A stretch of 58,645 nucleotides of DNA, counting the filler, from Perkinsus olseni (Eukaryota), in NCBI GenBank assembly GCA_013115125.1. It is 6 parts of 6 records of this genome, joined end to end, with 100 filler letters (N's around TTAATTAATTAA, not from the genome) between each part and the next. Parts side by side here need not be neighbours in the genome. Positions count along the whole stretch, not along the records: positions 39,275 to 48,916 come from JABANN010000910.1; positions 49,017 to 58,645 come from JABANN010000911.1; 4 more parts are not named here. One strand, 5' to 3'. The notes under the pieces are model-generated. The model made no database searches. It saw nothing but the letters and a program-made list of their open reading frames with translations, and was not told the DNA's origin. Positions within the stretch are counted from its first letter, which is position 1; every line of letters begins with the position of its first letter. The translations under genes were made by a program, and so were the position numbers. This document shows positions 42,161-53,953 of this stretch, one piece after another.

Positions 42161-43002
42161 AACCAAAATAGGAAACGGCAGTTGGGAGTCCCAACTTGGG
42201 ACTTTCAACTTCAGACCAGTGAATCAAAGGTGAAGCAAACTGCGTGTTGCACGCATCCAACATCGGTGAAGCTTGAACGATTGGCTTTGCCCGAAGGATC
42301 CTCGCCGGATAATCCGACAGCAGCAGTCTCGATAGGTATTGATCAGCTAAGTCCGATGTTAACCAACACAAATAGCAGCTAGGGTAGCCCTTGGTGTGTG
42401 TCTCTGCGACACTGTCTCATACTTGCCTCTACTGACAGGGCGCTCGGCCCACGCCTTTATGAAGGGAGGTAGCAGGTTGGACCTGCCAGGTTCATATCTC
42501 CTACTTCCGCTATATAGAGTGGTTGGTATAAATTCCTGGTTGGGAACGCGGCTTTCCGAACGCCTACCCTACCGCGACGCAGTTTCACCCCCGAGTTTCC
42601 CGATTAAATCGGGCCGATTTGGTTCACCTGGTAGCTGAGGTGCCATTAGATGCATATCGAGTGAGTCCTCGCCGATAACACTGGTCCGTAGTTACTACGC
42701 CGGAAGGACCTGAGGCGCCTACGGCGTAGTAGCACTATAGGCGTATCTGGACGGCCCATATGCCACAGTCACTGCGACCAGATCACGACGGGCCCCGTCG
42801 GACGGGGGCTGTTGACCCTCACGGCACGGTTTTCCTGTAGTACAGGACCTGTACAGTTCAGGCTGTACGGAAAGCTGCCCACAGGCTAGTCGATCAGCTC
42901 AGTGGGAGGCGGGCCACGTGTTTCCGCAAGAGCGCTGTCCCGACGGCCGCGGCCGCACTAAACGCCTGATGGAGGATCTGTCAGGCATGCAATGCGGCCG
43001 TC

Positions 43003-43079
43003 ACGGAGCTAGCAAGCAGTGCTCGCTAGCTCCGTCGCCTCAACTAGTGAGTGCTTGCCAAGCACTCACTAGTTGAGGC
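43003..43079. repeat. Two adjacent palindromes (near-perfect 16-bp arms, then perfect 21-bp arms, each with a 1-nt centre)
   Basis: ACGGAGCTAGCAAGCA-G-TGCTCGCTAGCTCCGT and GCCTCAACTAGTGAGTGCTTG-C-CAAGCACTCACTAGTTGAGGC. Confidence 0.9.
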
Positions 43080-43841
43080 AAATACAGTAAACTCTAACTG
43101 CTAGAGCGAGCGCAGCCCACAACGGACGGTCTGGGACTCAGAGTCTGAACGTTGAACGATTGTAGGTTGAACCAGCCTGGGTGATGCGCCCTGGCATGAA
43201 TCACGGCCCGTGCTGGGTCGACACTGATGACTCATGATTCCACGCTCGGTGAGACATTACGGCCGCATTACACTACACGACCCAGACGCTGAGCAGCGGG
43301 GCGGCAAACCCTTCGCCCTGAAGATACACAGCTTGTGCGGCGCGAGCAGCACATACGCACAGGAGACACAGTTGAATCCAAGAAGAAAAGCGACTGCCTG
43401 TAGCGGTCTCATTGCGCGCCGATGGAGTTCGAGAGCTCACTGCAGCCTCAACCCTCGCAGAAGGGCCCTCTCTTCATTTGACAAAGGAGGCCCTCCTTAG
43501 GAGGGGCTCTGTCTCTTTCGGGAATTATCGAGAGCACTTATCTCGCACAGTGCGACCGCACAAATGTCTCCGCCGCTCCCATTCCTCGGCGGTTCAGGGT
43601 TAGTCTGCGTTTCGTGAGCAGAGGATAACATCATTGGACCAAGAACAGCCGTTGTCGTTGCATGGCAGGCTAAAATTTTGAGAATTTTGAGTCGAAATGA
43701 GCATCACGCTTCGCCTGTAGTACAGTCGGGACTAAGCGAGCCTAGTAGTGCGCTCTCTTTCTCGACTTGAGACTGGCAATTTCGCAACACTACCGGTCTT
43801 GCGGCACGCAGGCTGGTACTTCACATCACCTCCTGAGTCCG

Positions 43842-44382
43842 ATGAAAACCTTCTCAATCTGCGCCTTCTTTGCTGGCATGTACGCTACTCTCTTCATCGC
43901 AGGATGCAAGAACTCATGTAAGAAGGTTCGATTGTGTTAGATAGAGTTACCGCCTGATTTTGCTCAGCTGGGAAACCTGTGACCAGGATTCCGACTACCA
44001 GGAACCCGACTTCTACTGCCTCGCCTACTACCGCTATGACCACTACGGCCACGCCTACTACTGCTACGACTACTACGCCCACGACTGGCACGGTGACGAC
44101 TACCACCGCTACGACTGGCACGGTGACGACTACCACCGCCACGACTGGCACAGTCACGACTACCACCGCCACGACTGGCACGGCAACGACTACTACGGCG
44201 ACGACTACTACGGCGACGACTGGAACGGCGACGACTACCACCGCCACGACTGGCACAGTCACGAGTACCACCGCCACCAATGGTACGACCACGACTACCG
44301 GGGGGGCCGAGTACCACAATACCGACTACCGCGGCTACGACCACCGCAGGCACGACTAGTGCACATTCAACATCCACACCCG
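43842..44382 (+). CDS. Mucin-like Thr-rich secreted protein, paralogue of the 41191 gene; frameshifted at a G7 tract (further exons likely)
   Basis: MKTFSICAFFAGMYATLFIAGCKNS|..., 30-bp tandem units encoding TTTTATTGTV; the Thr-rich frame resumes after 44306 in a different frame. Confidence 0.65.
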
Positions 44383-45123
44383 GTATTGTGTCCCATATCC
44401 CCCCAGTCCCCCTACAGTAGGGGGTAGGCTATCAGGTGTTGATGGTCACCCTGCCCCACCTTTCCCTCCTCTTCTAGTCGCATCGAGTCTTGCCGATACA
44501 CTAGCACTGTAGTATCAGATCGGGTTGGAATATTTCTTGCATTGTAATTCACGGTCCTGTCAACTTGTTACCCCTGCCGTGCCCAGAGGTACCCGCATTC
44601 AAGCTCAATCTATCGTTTCACAACCCGTTACATTGGTCGGTCGATGGCATCGACTCGGTGCGGTTGTCCGTACGTGTTTTTGAGGTGCTTGCGTCTGAGC
44701 TGCCGACGAGCTTCGTCTTCTGATAAAACTGAGTGTTGAGCTTCAGCGGAGTAAAACAAGTTAGATTCGGCGACGAGATGTCTGGTCTCATGGTCGAGTC
44801 CTCCCAGTGCTTACTCACCGGAAGTAACTGAGCACAGAGGTGACCTCTAGGAAATGAGAGTGATACTAACTACGGATGGGATATCATCGAATAAGTCATA
44901 CTGCTACCTCGTTTGTTCGGGGGTTATTGACCAGACGATCTTCCTTACGATTTAAGGGGGTTAGGACGCTATTTTAGGCCAAATGCCTTCCCACCGATTT
45001 CTAAGTCAAAGGCGTAAGGACGGGACTTTAGGATCTTTAATTTATGATTTGGCAATTATGACGTGGTTGTGACATTAGGCCAAGCGGTTAGGACGCAAAG
45101 ATTTCACAAGGCCCACGACTCAA

Positions 45124-45195
45124 GGGTCGTAGCTCGGCAGGTTAAGCGACGCAAATGCCTGCCGCGAGGTCGTGGGTTCGAATCTTGTGGGTCGT
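45124..45195 (+). mobile_element. tRNA-like Pol III A/B-box relic (possible SINE head or pseudo-tRNA)
   Basis: GTAGCTCGGCAGGTTAAGCG ... GAGGTCGTGGGTTCGAATC, without a complete cloverleaf. Confidence 0.45.
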
Positions 45196-46546
45196 ACACA
45201 TTGTATGTACGTTTCGCGGCAACTCAGGCGCAGGTGCACGTTTCCTCGGGGCCTTTCCTCGGGACAGCAGCGAGGTCGTAGCCCGAGGAGTAGCACCGCA
45301 ACGCTGGTCCCTATCGGAGGACAGGGGCAAGGGGTGGGACGAGCAAACGTTCCCGTGGCAGGTGACTCTTCATAGCTATCGACTTACACGCAAACTCAGG
45401 CGGCCGCTTCGCGCGCCCAAAACACGCCGCTCCCTTTATCGTATCACCCTTCTCCTTGACTATCTCTTCTCCATTTGTTCTTGGAATAGTAGGACGCCTT
45501 TAAATTTAGCAGCGGAGCGATCGTCAGCATAAGCGTGAAAAGTAGGTCGGGCTTGGACCCGGGCATCAACTAAGGAGCCCTTCCCAAGCGCAGTGCGCAA
45601 CACCGACCGGACACCGAATTCGCGTACTGATTTCCATCTTGCAAGAGCTACGTTAGTTTATCAGCGGAGGTGGAAATATCCGGAACGATGCAATGATGCT
45701 AATTGATCCCGGCGTCGTTCCAAGTCAATGCGTTGCTTCGTTCGCTGGCCTTTCGGATGAAGTTGATTCATGCAAGTCACTCGTTTATGGTACCCTCTTC
45801 TGTGGCCGCCCGTCCTGTAGTTAGCCTGTTTGTCGAGCAGGTGGGTGTAGCCAGAACAGTATGGAGTCTACACTGGATGGGGAGAAAAGGTTGTGTAGAA
45901 CTCAGCGAGAGGGCTCTCGCTGTCCAAGGCCGCCCTCGGGTGTTCAATCAGAAAGATTCTCGCGTATCCAAGGTCGAAGCATGGCGATCATGCAACAGCC
46001 TGTCATCGACTGCTTAGCGTTGGACGTCGGAAACACGGCTGTCGGTAGTTTTTCTTTCGGCGGTCCATCATGCTTCGTCCCGAGCTCCTTCTATTGTCGA
46101 CGATGCTGTTATTGGTGCTCGGAGAGGACGGCTTGGCGTCGCCTGCGTGGCTGCTCGCCGGATTCACTGAAGGTAGTTGGGGAGCACGACGCGGGATCCG
46201 CCGATTGAAGCTTCCCTTATACATCCTGCTGTACAATCGCCGCGTCGCTCAGCACAGGGTTGTCTTCCAATCGGGCCAAGTGCCGCTTATCATATTTCAA
46301 TCAAGCCCTGGATTTTTGGGAAATAATTTTGCCGCTGGGGCGTGCCTGTCCGCAGTTCCATTAGAACTTCCCTCGAACACCGTACTGTGCCTAGTATATT
46401 CGCCACGTCTCCCAGCACAGAGGGCGCCGCCGTCTGTCCCGTAAATGCCACACTTATGATTCGAGACTTCCACTTCTAGAAGCCACTTCTTCGTGCGCAC
46501 CTCAGGGTTGAGCTTGCTCTTTCGGAAAACTAACTATCGCCCTTCG

Positions 46547-48812
46547 ATGATTGTGGTTAGCAGCAGTGGAGGCTCATTTTTCTTTGGTCTTTTGGCTATC
46601 ATTTTGGCAGCTGTGATCACTACTTGCAGTATTCCCGGAGTTTTTGCTCCCGAGGTAGTTCGACGCAGTTGGCTCACGCAAATCACCTAGTGCATCCATA
46701 GTATGGAATCCATACAGGATGGGGGAGGATCAATCCGGGCTTTCAGAAGTTTACGCCTCGGAGAATTGTTCATCAGACGCCCAATTACACAGTGAAAGTT
46801 TTACTTTCTGGCCTCGATTCATACGCCTCGAGGGAAAATTTCTCATCAAGTGTCCTAAGCCTAAGGCGTACATTTATACCCCTAGATTAATCCACAATGT
46901 GGATTCCATACCAGTTTACTTTTAAGCTCTCTCACGCTCCTGACGATCGAACTCAAATTGCGTCATCTTTAAACCCGCATTGTCGTCGGAGGATGGTCGT
47001 GATCTGTGATCGGTTTGGTCGTAGCTGACTGACCCTCTTGGTCGTACCGAAAATTCCCCAAGTCTGATCATGTCGGAAGCACCGGGCGTCTCAGATCGTC
47101 TAGTAGTGGACCCCAGCTCTCGGAGGTCGATCCTAGCTCGTAGCGCGGTAAATGGATACTAGTTCGGTACAGTACTGGAGGCTGATCCAAATTGCTGTGA
47201 TGAGAATGCTGAGCTTTTTGACTTGAGGAGGGACGCTGTCCTGTGTCAGGCATATCGGCCGTTACAACGGGCAGCGGTTACCTCGGTGCCTTTTTGGCTT
47301 CCTTTCTGATGATACTGTGCGCTGAGATCGGCGACAAGACGTTCTTCATAGCGGCGGTGCTGTCGATGAAGCACAACCATGTGGTGGTTTTCTTGGGGGC
47401 CATTGGAGCTCTAGCCTTGATGACGGTAGGAGGGGGAGGTGGCGTGGATGGGGGATGGACTTAACCCAACAGGACAGGCCACAAGAGCGGCGCATTGATA
47501 TACTGGAGGTGCACCCCTCTTGTGTGAAACGCAATTGTGGATTACACAAGGCGCTAGGGCTCTATTTCATGTACGTTACGTGTGGAGTGGTATTACACAA
47601 CTGTAGCGCTTTTTGTCTGTTTGGCTTGTCGAGGCCATTGATGAAAATTTCACGTGTGATCCGTGTAATCTACCGAGTCAGATGTGTAAAATTTCGGAAA
47701 AAAGTGTAAAAACACTGGAGACTTGTGAAACAAAAAAAACTGTAGCCCGTCGGCGCTTTTCACGCGCTTGGCGTTTTACGCACAATGCGGGTGCGAGTCC
47801 ACTGGATGCTGTTTTAGCGGTGCAAAGATACGAATCTTATTTTGCAGCGGACGGGAGGGTAGGCGGAGCGATGATGGTTTGGCGTTGATCAGGTCCTGTC
47901 TGCCGCCCTGGGCTTCCTGCTTCCTACTTTGCTGAGCAAACACTTTACGCATTACACGTGCATTACTCTGTTTTTGTACTTTGGTGAGTGAGGGTGTCCG
48001 AGGAGGTCCCGGGTTCGAACCGCGGCGGAGGCGTTTTTGATAGAGGGTTGATGGTCAGGCCTTAAGTTGCTGAAAGAGGCGTATGAGATGGACGGAGAAG
48101 GAGGAGAGAATGAAGAGCTTAAGGAGGTAGAGCTAGAACTGAAGTAATATACAAGCGTGTCATATGGCCGAGTGGATAAGGGCGTTGCCTTCCGTGCATG
48201 GGACAGCGGGATCTATCCCAACATATATCTTTCTTATTTTCCGAATATCTCACGTCACCGCAAGGAAGGGGAGGCCGCGGACGCCACGATGAATTTAGAA
48301 CCTCATCGATTCATCGTAGCCGTCCTGAGCTCGTCCGCTCCGCCAGTGGTAGGGTTGTGTATAGTCGTGTATAGATTCATGCTCAGGGAAGAGGATGATG
48401 ACTGCAGCCAGTCGCCGTCGCCGGCATCCGAAGGAGTGCCCGATGATTGCGAAGAGGGTCCTAGTCGTGGACGGGTAGGTGCGCTTCATCTTGGAGGGGT
48501 TGAGGTCCTCCTTGGCAGGGTTGGGCTTGCTCGGAGGAGACGCTGTTCTCTCGACTAGCGATAAGGGTCTTCACGCAGGTAGGAGGGAATTATTCCGGAA
48601 CTGTGTTTTCTTCACGCCCGATTATGTAGTTGGTCGTGGTTTTCGCATAACCACCTGTTTTTCCTCCAACCACCTGTTTTTCCTCCATCAGGCGTTTACG
48701 ATGACCTTTCTCGCTGAGTGGGGTGACCGGAGTCAAATCTCCACGATAGCGTTGGCGTCGTCCAAGAACCCTTTGGGAGTCACCGTTGGCGGCGTGCTTG
48801 GCCACTGCATCT
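46547..48812 (+). CDS. GDT1: GDT1/TMEM165 (UPF0016) Ca2+/Mn2+ transporter, multi-exon, truncated by scaffold end; start approximate
   Basis: Two family motifs, AEIGDKTFFIAAVL and AEWGDRSQISTIALA. Hydrophobic N-terminal exon at 46547. Confidence 0.88.
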
Positions 48813-48916
48813 GTAATATGGGAATTACTGGCAAGTGACTACTTACTGTGTGTGCCATTTTGATATGCAAATGAACAAAATTGAGATATCTTGCTTAATA
48901 CGAAGCTTTCATATGT

Positions 48917-49016
48917 NNNNNNNNNNNNNNNNNNNNNNNNNNNNNNNNNNNNNNNNNNNNTTAATTAATTAANNNNNNNNNNNNNNNNNNNNNNNNNNNN
49001 NNNNNNNNNNNNNNNN
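48917..49016. other. Artificial scaffold linker
   Basis: N-TTAATTAATTAA-N. Confidence 0.97.
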
Positions 49017-51100
49017 CTCATACTCAGACTGTTCACCTGAGCCTCTTTCATCACCTTCGACCTGCTGGTCATTATCAACTTGCTCAACATTATCTCCGAT
49101 CTGCTGATCGTTTCCACCACTATTATTGTTATGTTCCATAGTCTGCGCACCACGTGTGATACTCCGAACACAAAGCAGTGTGGTGTGGGTATCACAACTA
49201 TCCTCTGGGTTCTCTAGGTCTGTGGCGTTGAGTGTGAGCCCTTCTCATCCATAGATGTCACAAGCGGGAGGTATCCACAGGCATTAATGTGTAGTCGTGG
49301 GCATTGGACCCTTTTGCCTTCGGATTCGGGTACGGCTTTTCAGGCGAGTTGGTTAAGTCGGCAGTTTACCACGCATGTGGCATAGGTTCTAATCTCCCCT
49401 TTCCGGCACAAATTTGCCGCGATTTGCGTGAGGAGGCAGCTGAACCGAATAACACGGTACGAGTGAAGCTTGTACCGCTGAATACTGTACGAATGGTCAG
49501 TGTATGACTGCATACTGTACGACGTGTCACTGTATCTGTGGATACTGTACTGAACGAAACTGTATCGCTGGAAACTGCACGAACTGTCACTGCACGACTC
49601 ATCACTATACGGCTTGAAGCTGTACGATTACTTCTCAATCGTTTGTAGGTACTCTGCTGAGGTACTTGATGGCCGTGCGACAAAGGACGCTTTTCTCGCT
49701 TACCACGTGAGCTAATCTGCAAGAGCTCGTCGATAGATCTGTGGCCCAGATCTTGGGCAGTCTTGATGAGTTTCTGCTGGAACTGCTCTTCATTCTCACA
49801 GGACTTGAGTTCTTGGAGAAACAAGCGACCAGTGAGATCGAGGGCGGTACCACGATCAGAGCCAGAGAAACGAGGAGTAGCTTTCACCATATCAGCAAGG
49901 AGTACTCGGCGACTGTGCCAACCAATAGTCAGTTTGTGTTCCGTGATGAGAGAATTGAAGAATTTCCGCCCCATTTGAGAAGACTCTTCCCACGGTCGTA
50001 CAGGGGCATAGCGGTCGCTGTTGCACCAACGGCGTAGGATGACTGTGAGCTTCTCTGGTTTTGTGAAGAAAGTGTGGGCAGGGGATATCACCTTGTCGAA
50101 AAGCAGAGAGCACTGTTCATACCATTCGACCAACTCAGCACCCAGCTCTTTAACACGGAGTTGTTGAGCCTGCAAATCAGAGAGAGACTCTGCAACTATC
50201 ATTTCGTCGTGAATGTAGATCCACTAGCCAAATTTGCTCTCAGTCGAGGGCAAGGCAGCATCCTTCAACAGTTCATCGCGAAGGACCTCACTAAAACGGG
50301 AAGGCAAAGCCGCCGTAATAGCAAGCAGTTTGAGGGGGCTAGCATCCACTTTGCAACCTTGGGTAGCACGTTGCAAGTTGCGCATGAAGTCTCTATACTA
50401 TAGAGTAAACCGGTTTTTGACTATAGAGTCTATAGTCAAAAACCGGTTTACGGGTTGAGGTCGAGGGCACGCTGAGTCATCTTTGGTGAAGTCAGAATTA
50501 ACAAGTTGCCGAGCGTTGTCTATCGCGCATTCAAGAGGAACGTCGCGAACACGCGTGTCGCTCAGTGCTAGCCCATAACTACAGTAGCAATAAAGCGAGG
50601 AAGGTCAAGGCCTAGATTACGGCCGCTTCTATCTTGGAAGAAAAGACCCTTCCAGCCAACTCCTTTCGGATGGCCAGCACCAAGAACGTATTCCGCAATA
50701 GAATATGGAGTAAGCCGACTCAATTCGGCAACCGAAAGGCGCTTGTCAACTTCGTGAGAGACTGTGGTACTAGACTCGACCGTCTGCTGTAACTGATCCC
50801 AGATAGAGGGGGACTCAGTCGAAGCCGACTGGGGAAGAGTCAGAGGGCTGAGGTGTTTTTTACTTTTACCAGGCCGTTTGTGTCCATCCCCGGTTCGCCC
50901 AACCTCGGATTGCCCGGATTGCAATGTCTCGGAAGAACTACGAGTGACTACTTTCTCTTGGTCGGCTGAAAGACCAGATGAGGGAGAGGTCGTAGTCGTT
51001 CGCTGGAGAGCAGTGTCGGCACTGTGCGACTCATTCTCGCGAATGTTCTTCGGAATCCGAAGTGGACCCTCCACCCCCAGTAGTAGGGGAAAGAGGCGTT
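49017..51100 (-). pseudogene. Decayed intronless ORF, possibly a retroelement gag-like relic
   Basis: Long ORF pieces (50568-51074, 49366-50202) separated by stops and no clear introns. A degenerate knuckle-like CHM(R)GKL lies near 49360-49385. Confidence 0.35.
50405..50451. repeat. Perfect 47-bp palindrome (23-bp arms, 1-nt centre)
   Basis: GTAAACCGGTTTTTGACTATAGA-G-TCTATAGTCAAAAACCGGTTTAC. Confidence 0.95.
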
Positions 51101-51532
51101 GAGCCTCTGGCGTAGCTCGGATGATGCACCATGTTTAATGGACACAACAAAGAAGAATAGTCGAGAAACAAAAAGGTAGCGAAAAGAGCAGAGCTCCCCA
51201 TAGCTAATCATAGCTTAGCTGCACAGCGTCTGTCTCCTTAACGGAGAGCTTGAGATGACGTCACTAGGATTTGAACCTGGGTCTGGAAACCTAGCGTCAC
51301 CACCAGCAGCAACAGCATACACTTGAGGGCTGCTGATGCTGGTGATGACGAGTAACAAGACGAAACATAAATAGTATCAATAATGATGTGCATGAGGAAG
51401 TGGATACAATAAATGCCGGGAGAAACAAATGAATCTACAACAGTACTAATCACAGCCAGAAGCATAGACTGGGGCCATTGCGTAGACTTAGGATGATCCA
51501 AAAAGGCGTGATGATGATAAACGTTAAGGGCA

Positions 51533-53236
51533 TTAAAGAGTAACCAGCATCTCATCCTCCAAAGCCGGCAAGTTAGGTAATACTGCCGACTCAGCCACAC
51601 CACCATGGGGATTGGGTTTAAGGAACTCCCGCACGAAGGCTCTCATCTCTTCAACGCTTGTTACATACTCCTTGGCTTGGACCATCGCCTCACGGTCTCT
51701 TGAGGCATCCTCTATGGTCTTCCTCAACGGGCCATAAACTCTTTTCTTATTTACATATACAGTACTTACATAACCATAGGGATTCCTCCAGACACCAGGG
51801 GGTGCACCGTAACTCTTCCTGCGACCGTAGCAGCTCATATTTGTGTTACTGTTGCTGCTTAGATCATTCAACCGACTTGCTCCAACTTGCGGCCGTGGCA
51901 TACCAGTGGTCGCTAAAACAAAAAAGGATGGTACATCGAAGAGATAACACCATGACTACTACCTCCAGGGAAGAAGAACGCCGGCATTGGTGCAGCTAGT
52001 GTAGGTTGCTGCTGCTGCTGTTGTTGCATTTGTGGCTCTTGCTGCTGACGACTAATCGGCAGACCACCGTACTGTGGTGGTTGAGGCGCGGTAGTAGTGG
52101 GGTTGGTAGTCATGGCTGGGTAGGCACTCGATGACGATGTAGTAGCACCCGTTGCGGAGAAGGTAGAAGTAGCATCGCAAGGGGTCAAGCTAGGGGTGGA
52201 TACATTGTTTGACGTGCTGCTCGTAGTAGCCGCAGCAGAGGAAGCACCGGGGACAGTAGCACTGACTCGCGAAAGCAAGGCATTGTACGCAGCAGTGGCA
52301 GCTCCTGAGAAAATGACGACAAAATCAACTAGTCTCTGAGATGGTTGAACGTCTGCTGCGGCTACTACCTGGGTTGCCCCCTCGTTGGCTGTTAAGCAGC
52401 TCTAGAAGGCCCAAACATGCGTTTGTCAAGACAGCATTTTCTGCCTCAAGCTTCTCGGAGGTGCTTCGAGAAGGCCCCTGACCGCCACCATTAGGAGCCG
52501 TAGGTGGTGGTAGTGCCGCCCCTGCTGTTGTAGTGGCGGTGGTAGCCGTTGTTGACAAGGGAGAGGCAGGCAAGGGGGTTGTAGGCAGAGGGCTGAGACT
52601 ACTGCTAACGTTGCTGCTTGCACTTGTACTGTATCCACTATCGCTCAACGATGAGCATTCCAATCCAGCAGATGTTGTTGATGCAGTTGTTGCTGGGCTC
52701 GCTAAAACACAACAAACACCGTTAGCTCGATCCGATATCGCCCTGGAGGAAGCTGGAGGAAGTGACCATTAATGCCGACCGAGGCAGCGGCAGCAGCAGC
52801 AGTTGATCGTCATCTCACTCTAACATTGTCGGTGACTTCATAGACTATGCGCATAAATATTGTCTTAAGAAGCACCTATCATGCCCTAGTAAGCGCGAGA
52901 GCTAAGAACGCTAAGAGCAACATCATCGACTACAGCCGACGTAACGTTGATGAAGAATGAAGCCCCCCGCACGAACTTACGTGGAGTGAACTTGGGACTA
53001 TCACAAGGTGATGACCGAAGCAGGTCATTATCATCATCAAAGTTGAGTGTTAGTGATGGATGTGCAGTACTAGCGATAGGGGTAGCAGGAGCAGCAGTAC
53101 TAGCAGACTGTGGATAGTGTTGGGCAGCGGGGGCGGACGCTGGTAGAATACCAAATCCCTGTTGGAGTTGGAGTTGTTGCGGCCCGTCTTGATGGGGACG
53201 CTGCTGCTGCTGTTGTCCGTTGGTAGAGGAGAACAT
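51533..53236 (-). CDS. Low-complexity (Q/S/T-rich) protein with C-terminal AP2-like DNA-binding domain, multi-exon
   Basis: YGAPPGVWRNPYGYVSTVYVNKKRVYGPLRKTIEDASRDREAM: a three-beta-strand plus helix pattern of the AP2/integrase type. Confidence 0.6.
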
Positions 53237-53953
53237 TATGAAGAATCCAGATCGACAAGTAACTTCAAATGCCTGCTCACAATCAGGAGGTTTTCATCAA
53301 CATCACAGGCTTCTCCTCATCGCCACAATAGTATCGCTAGTAGTAACAACAATTACAATCACGACAACAACACCAGCGGCAGCAGCAGTGGCACTAAAGG
53401 CCGCCGATTCTGCTATGGTTGAGATCGGCCTCCCGACTGGCGGCATAATGCTGGACTTCGGTTACCTACGTTGGTACATTTGCCATCTCAAGGGCACCAC
53501 ACCGTCTGTCCCTCTGCTTGTGCAAACCAGTCGATTTTGCACGTCGATCGCGCTCGCCATTCTGATCGATGCGCATGATCTGGCCGCGTCGTCACCCACC
53601 GCTTGCGTGCCACTGTTGTAGAATATCGACCACATGTATCCAAGCATTCATCTTGGGGCCTCCCAGGGGAATGGAAACAGCCTCGTCATCGACGAGAGGC
53701 TGTGTAATATGGTAGTAACCGGTGAGGCGCGATCTGAAGTTGGTGATCATTTCCACGGTGTATCATCAGAATCTACCCAATCTTGTGATGATGGATTGTG
53801 ATGATCAACAACAACAACAAACATCATCGTCCCTGCCCGGTAATCACTTGAACTAAGCCGCTAGATAGGGGTGTCAGCAAAGGGCAGGGTGGAGCAGGTC
53901 CTTTCCCTCCAGCAACGACGAACCCCAATTGGGGGCTTGGTGAGGTCAACGCT

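Noticed and set aside
42700-43230. RNase P/MRP or hammerhead ribozyme (GGAAGGACCTGAG; CTGATGA)
   Set aside because: The other conserved elements could not be placed in the required order by eye.
43894-44427. Val-rich, His/Asp-rich and Arg-rich ORFs over the mucin repeat
   Set aside because: Alternative frames of the 30-bp Thr-coding tandem repeat.
48003-48200. tRNA 3' half and 5' half in consecutive introns as a permuted or split tRNA
   Set aside because: The halves cannot form an acceptor stem; treated as relics.
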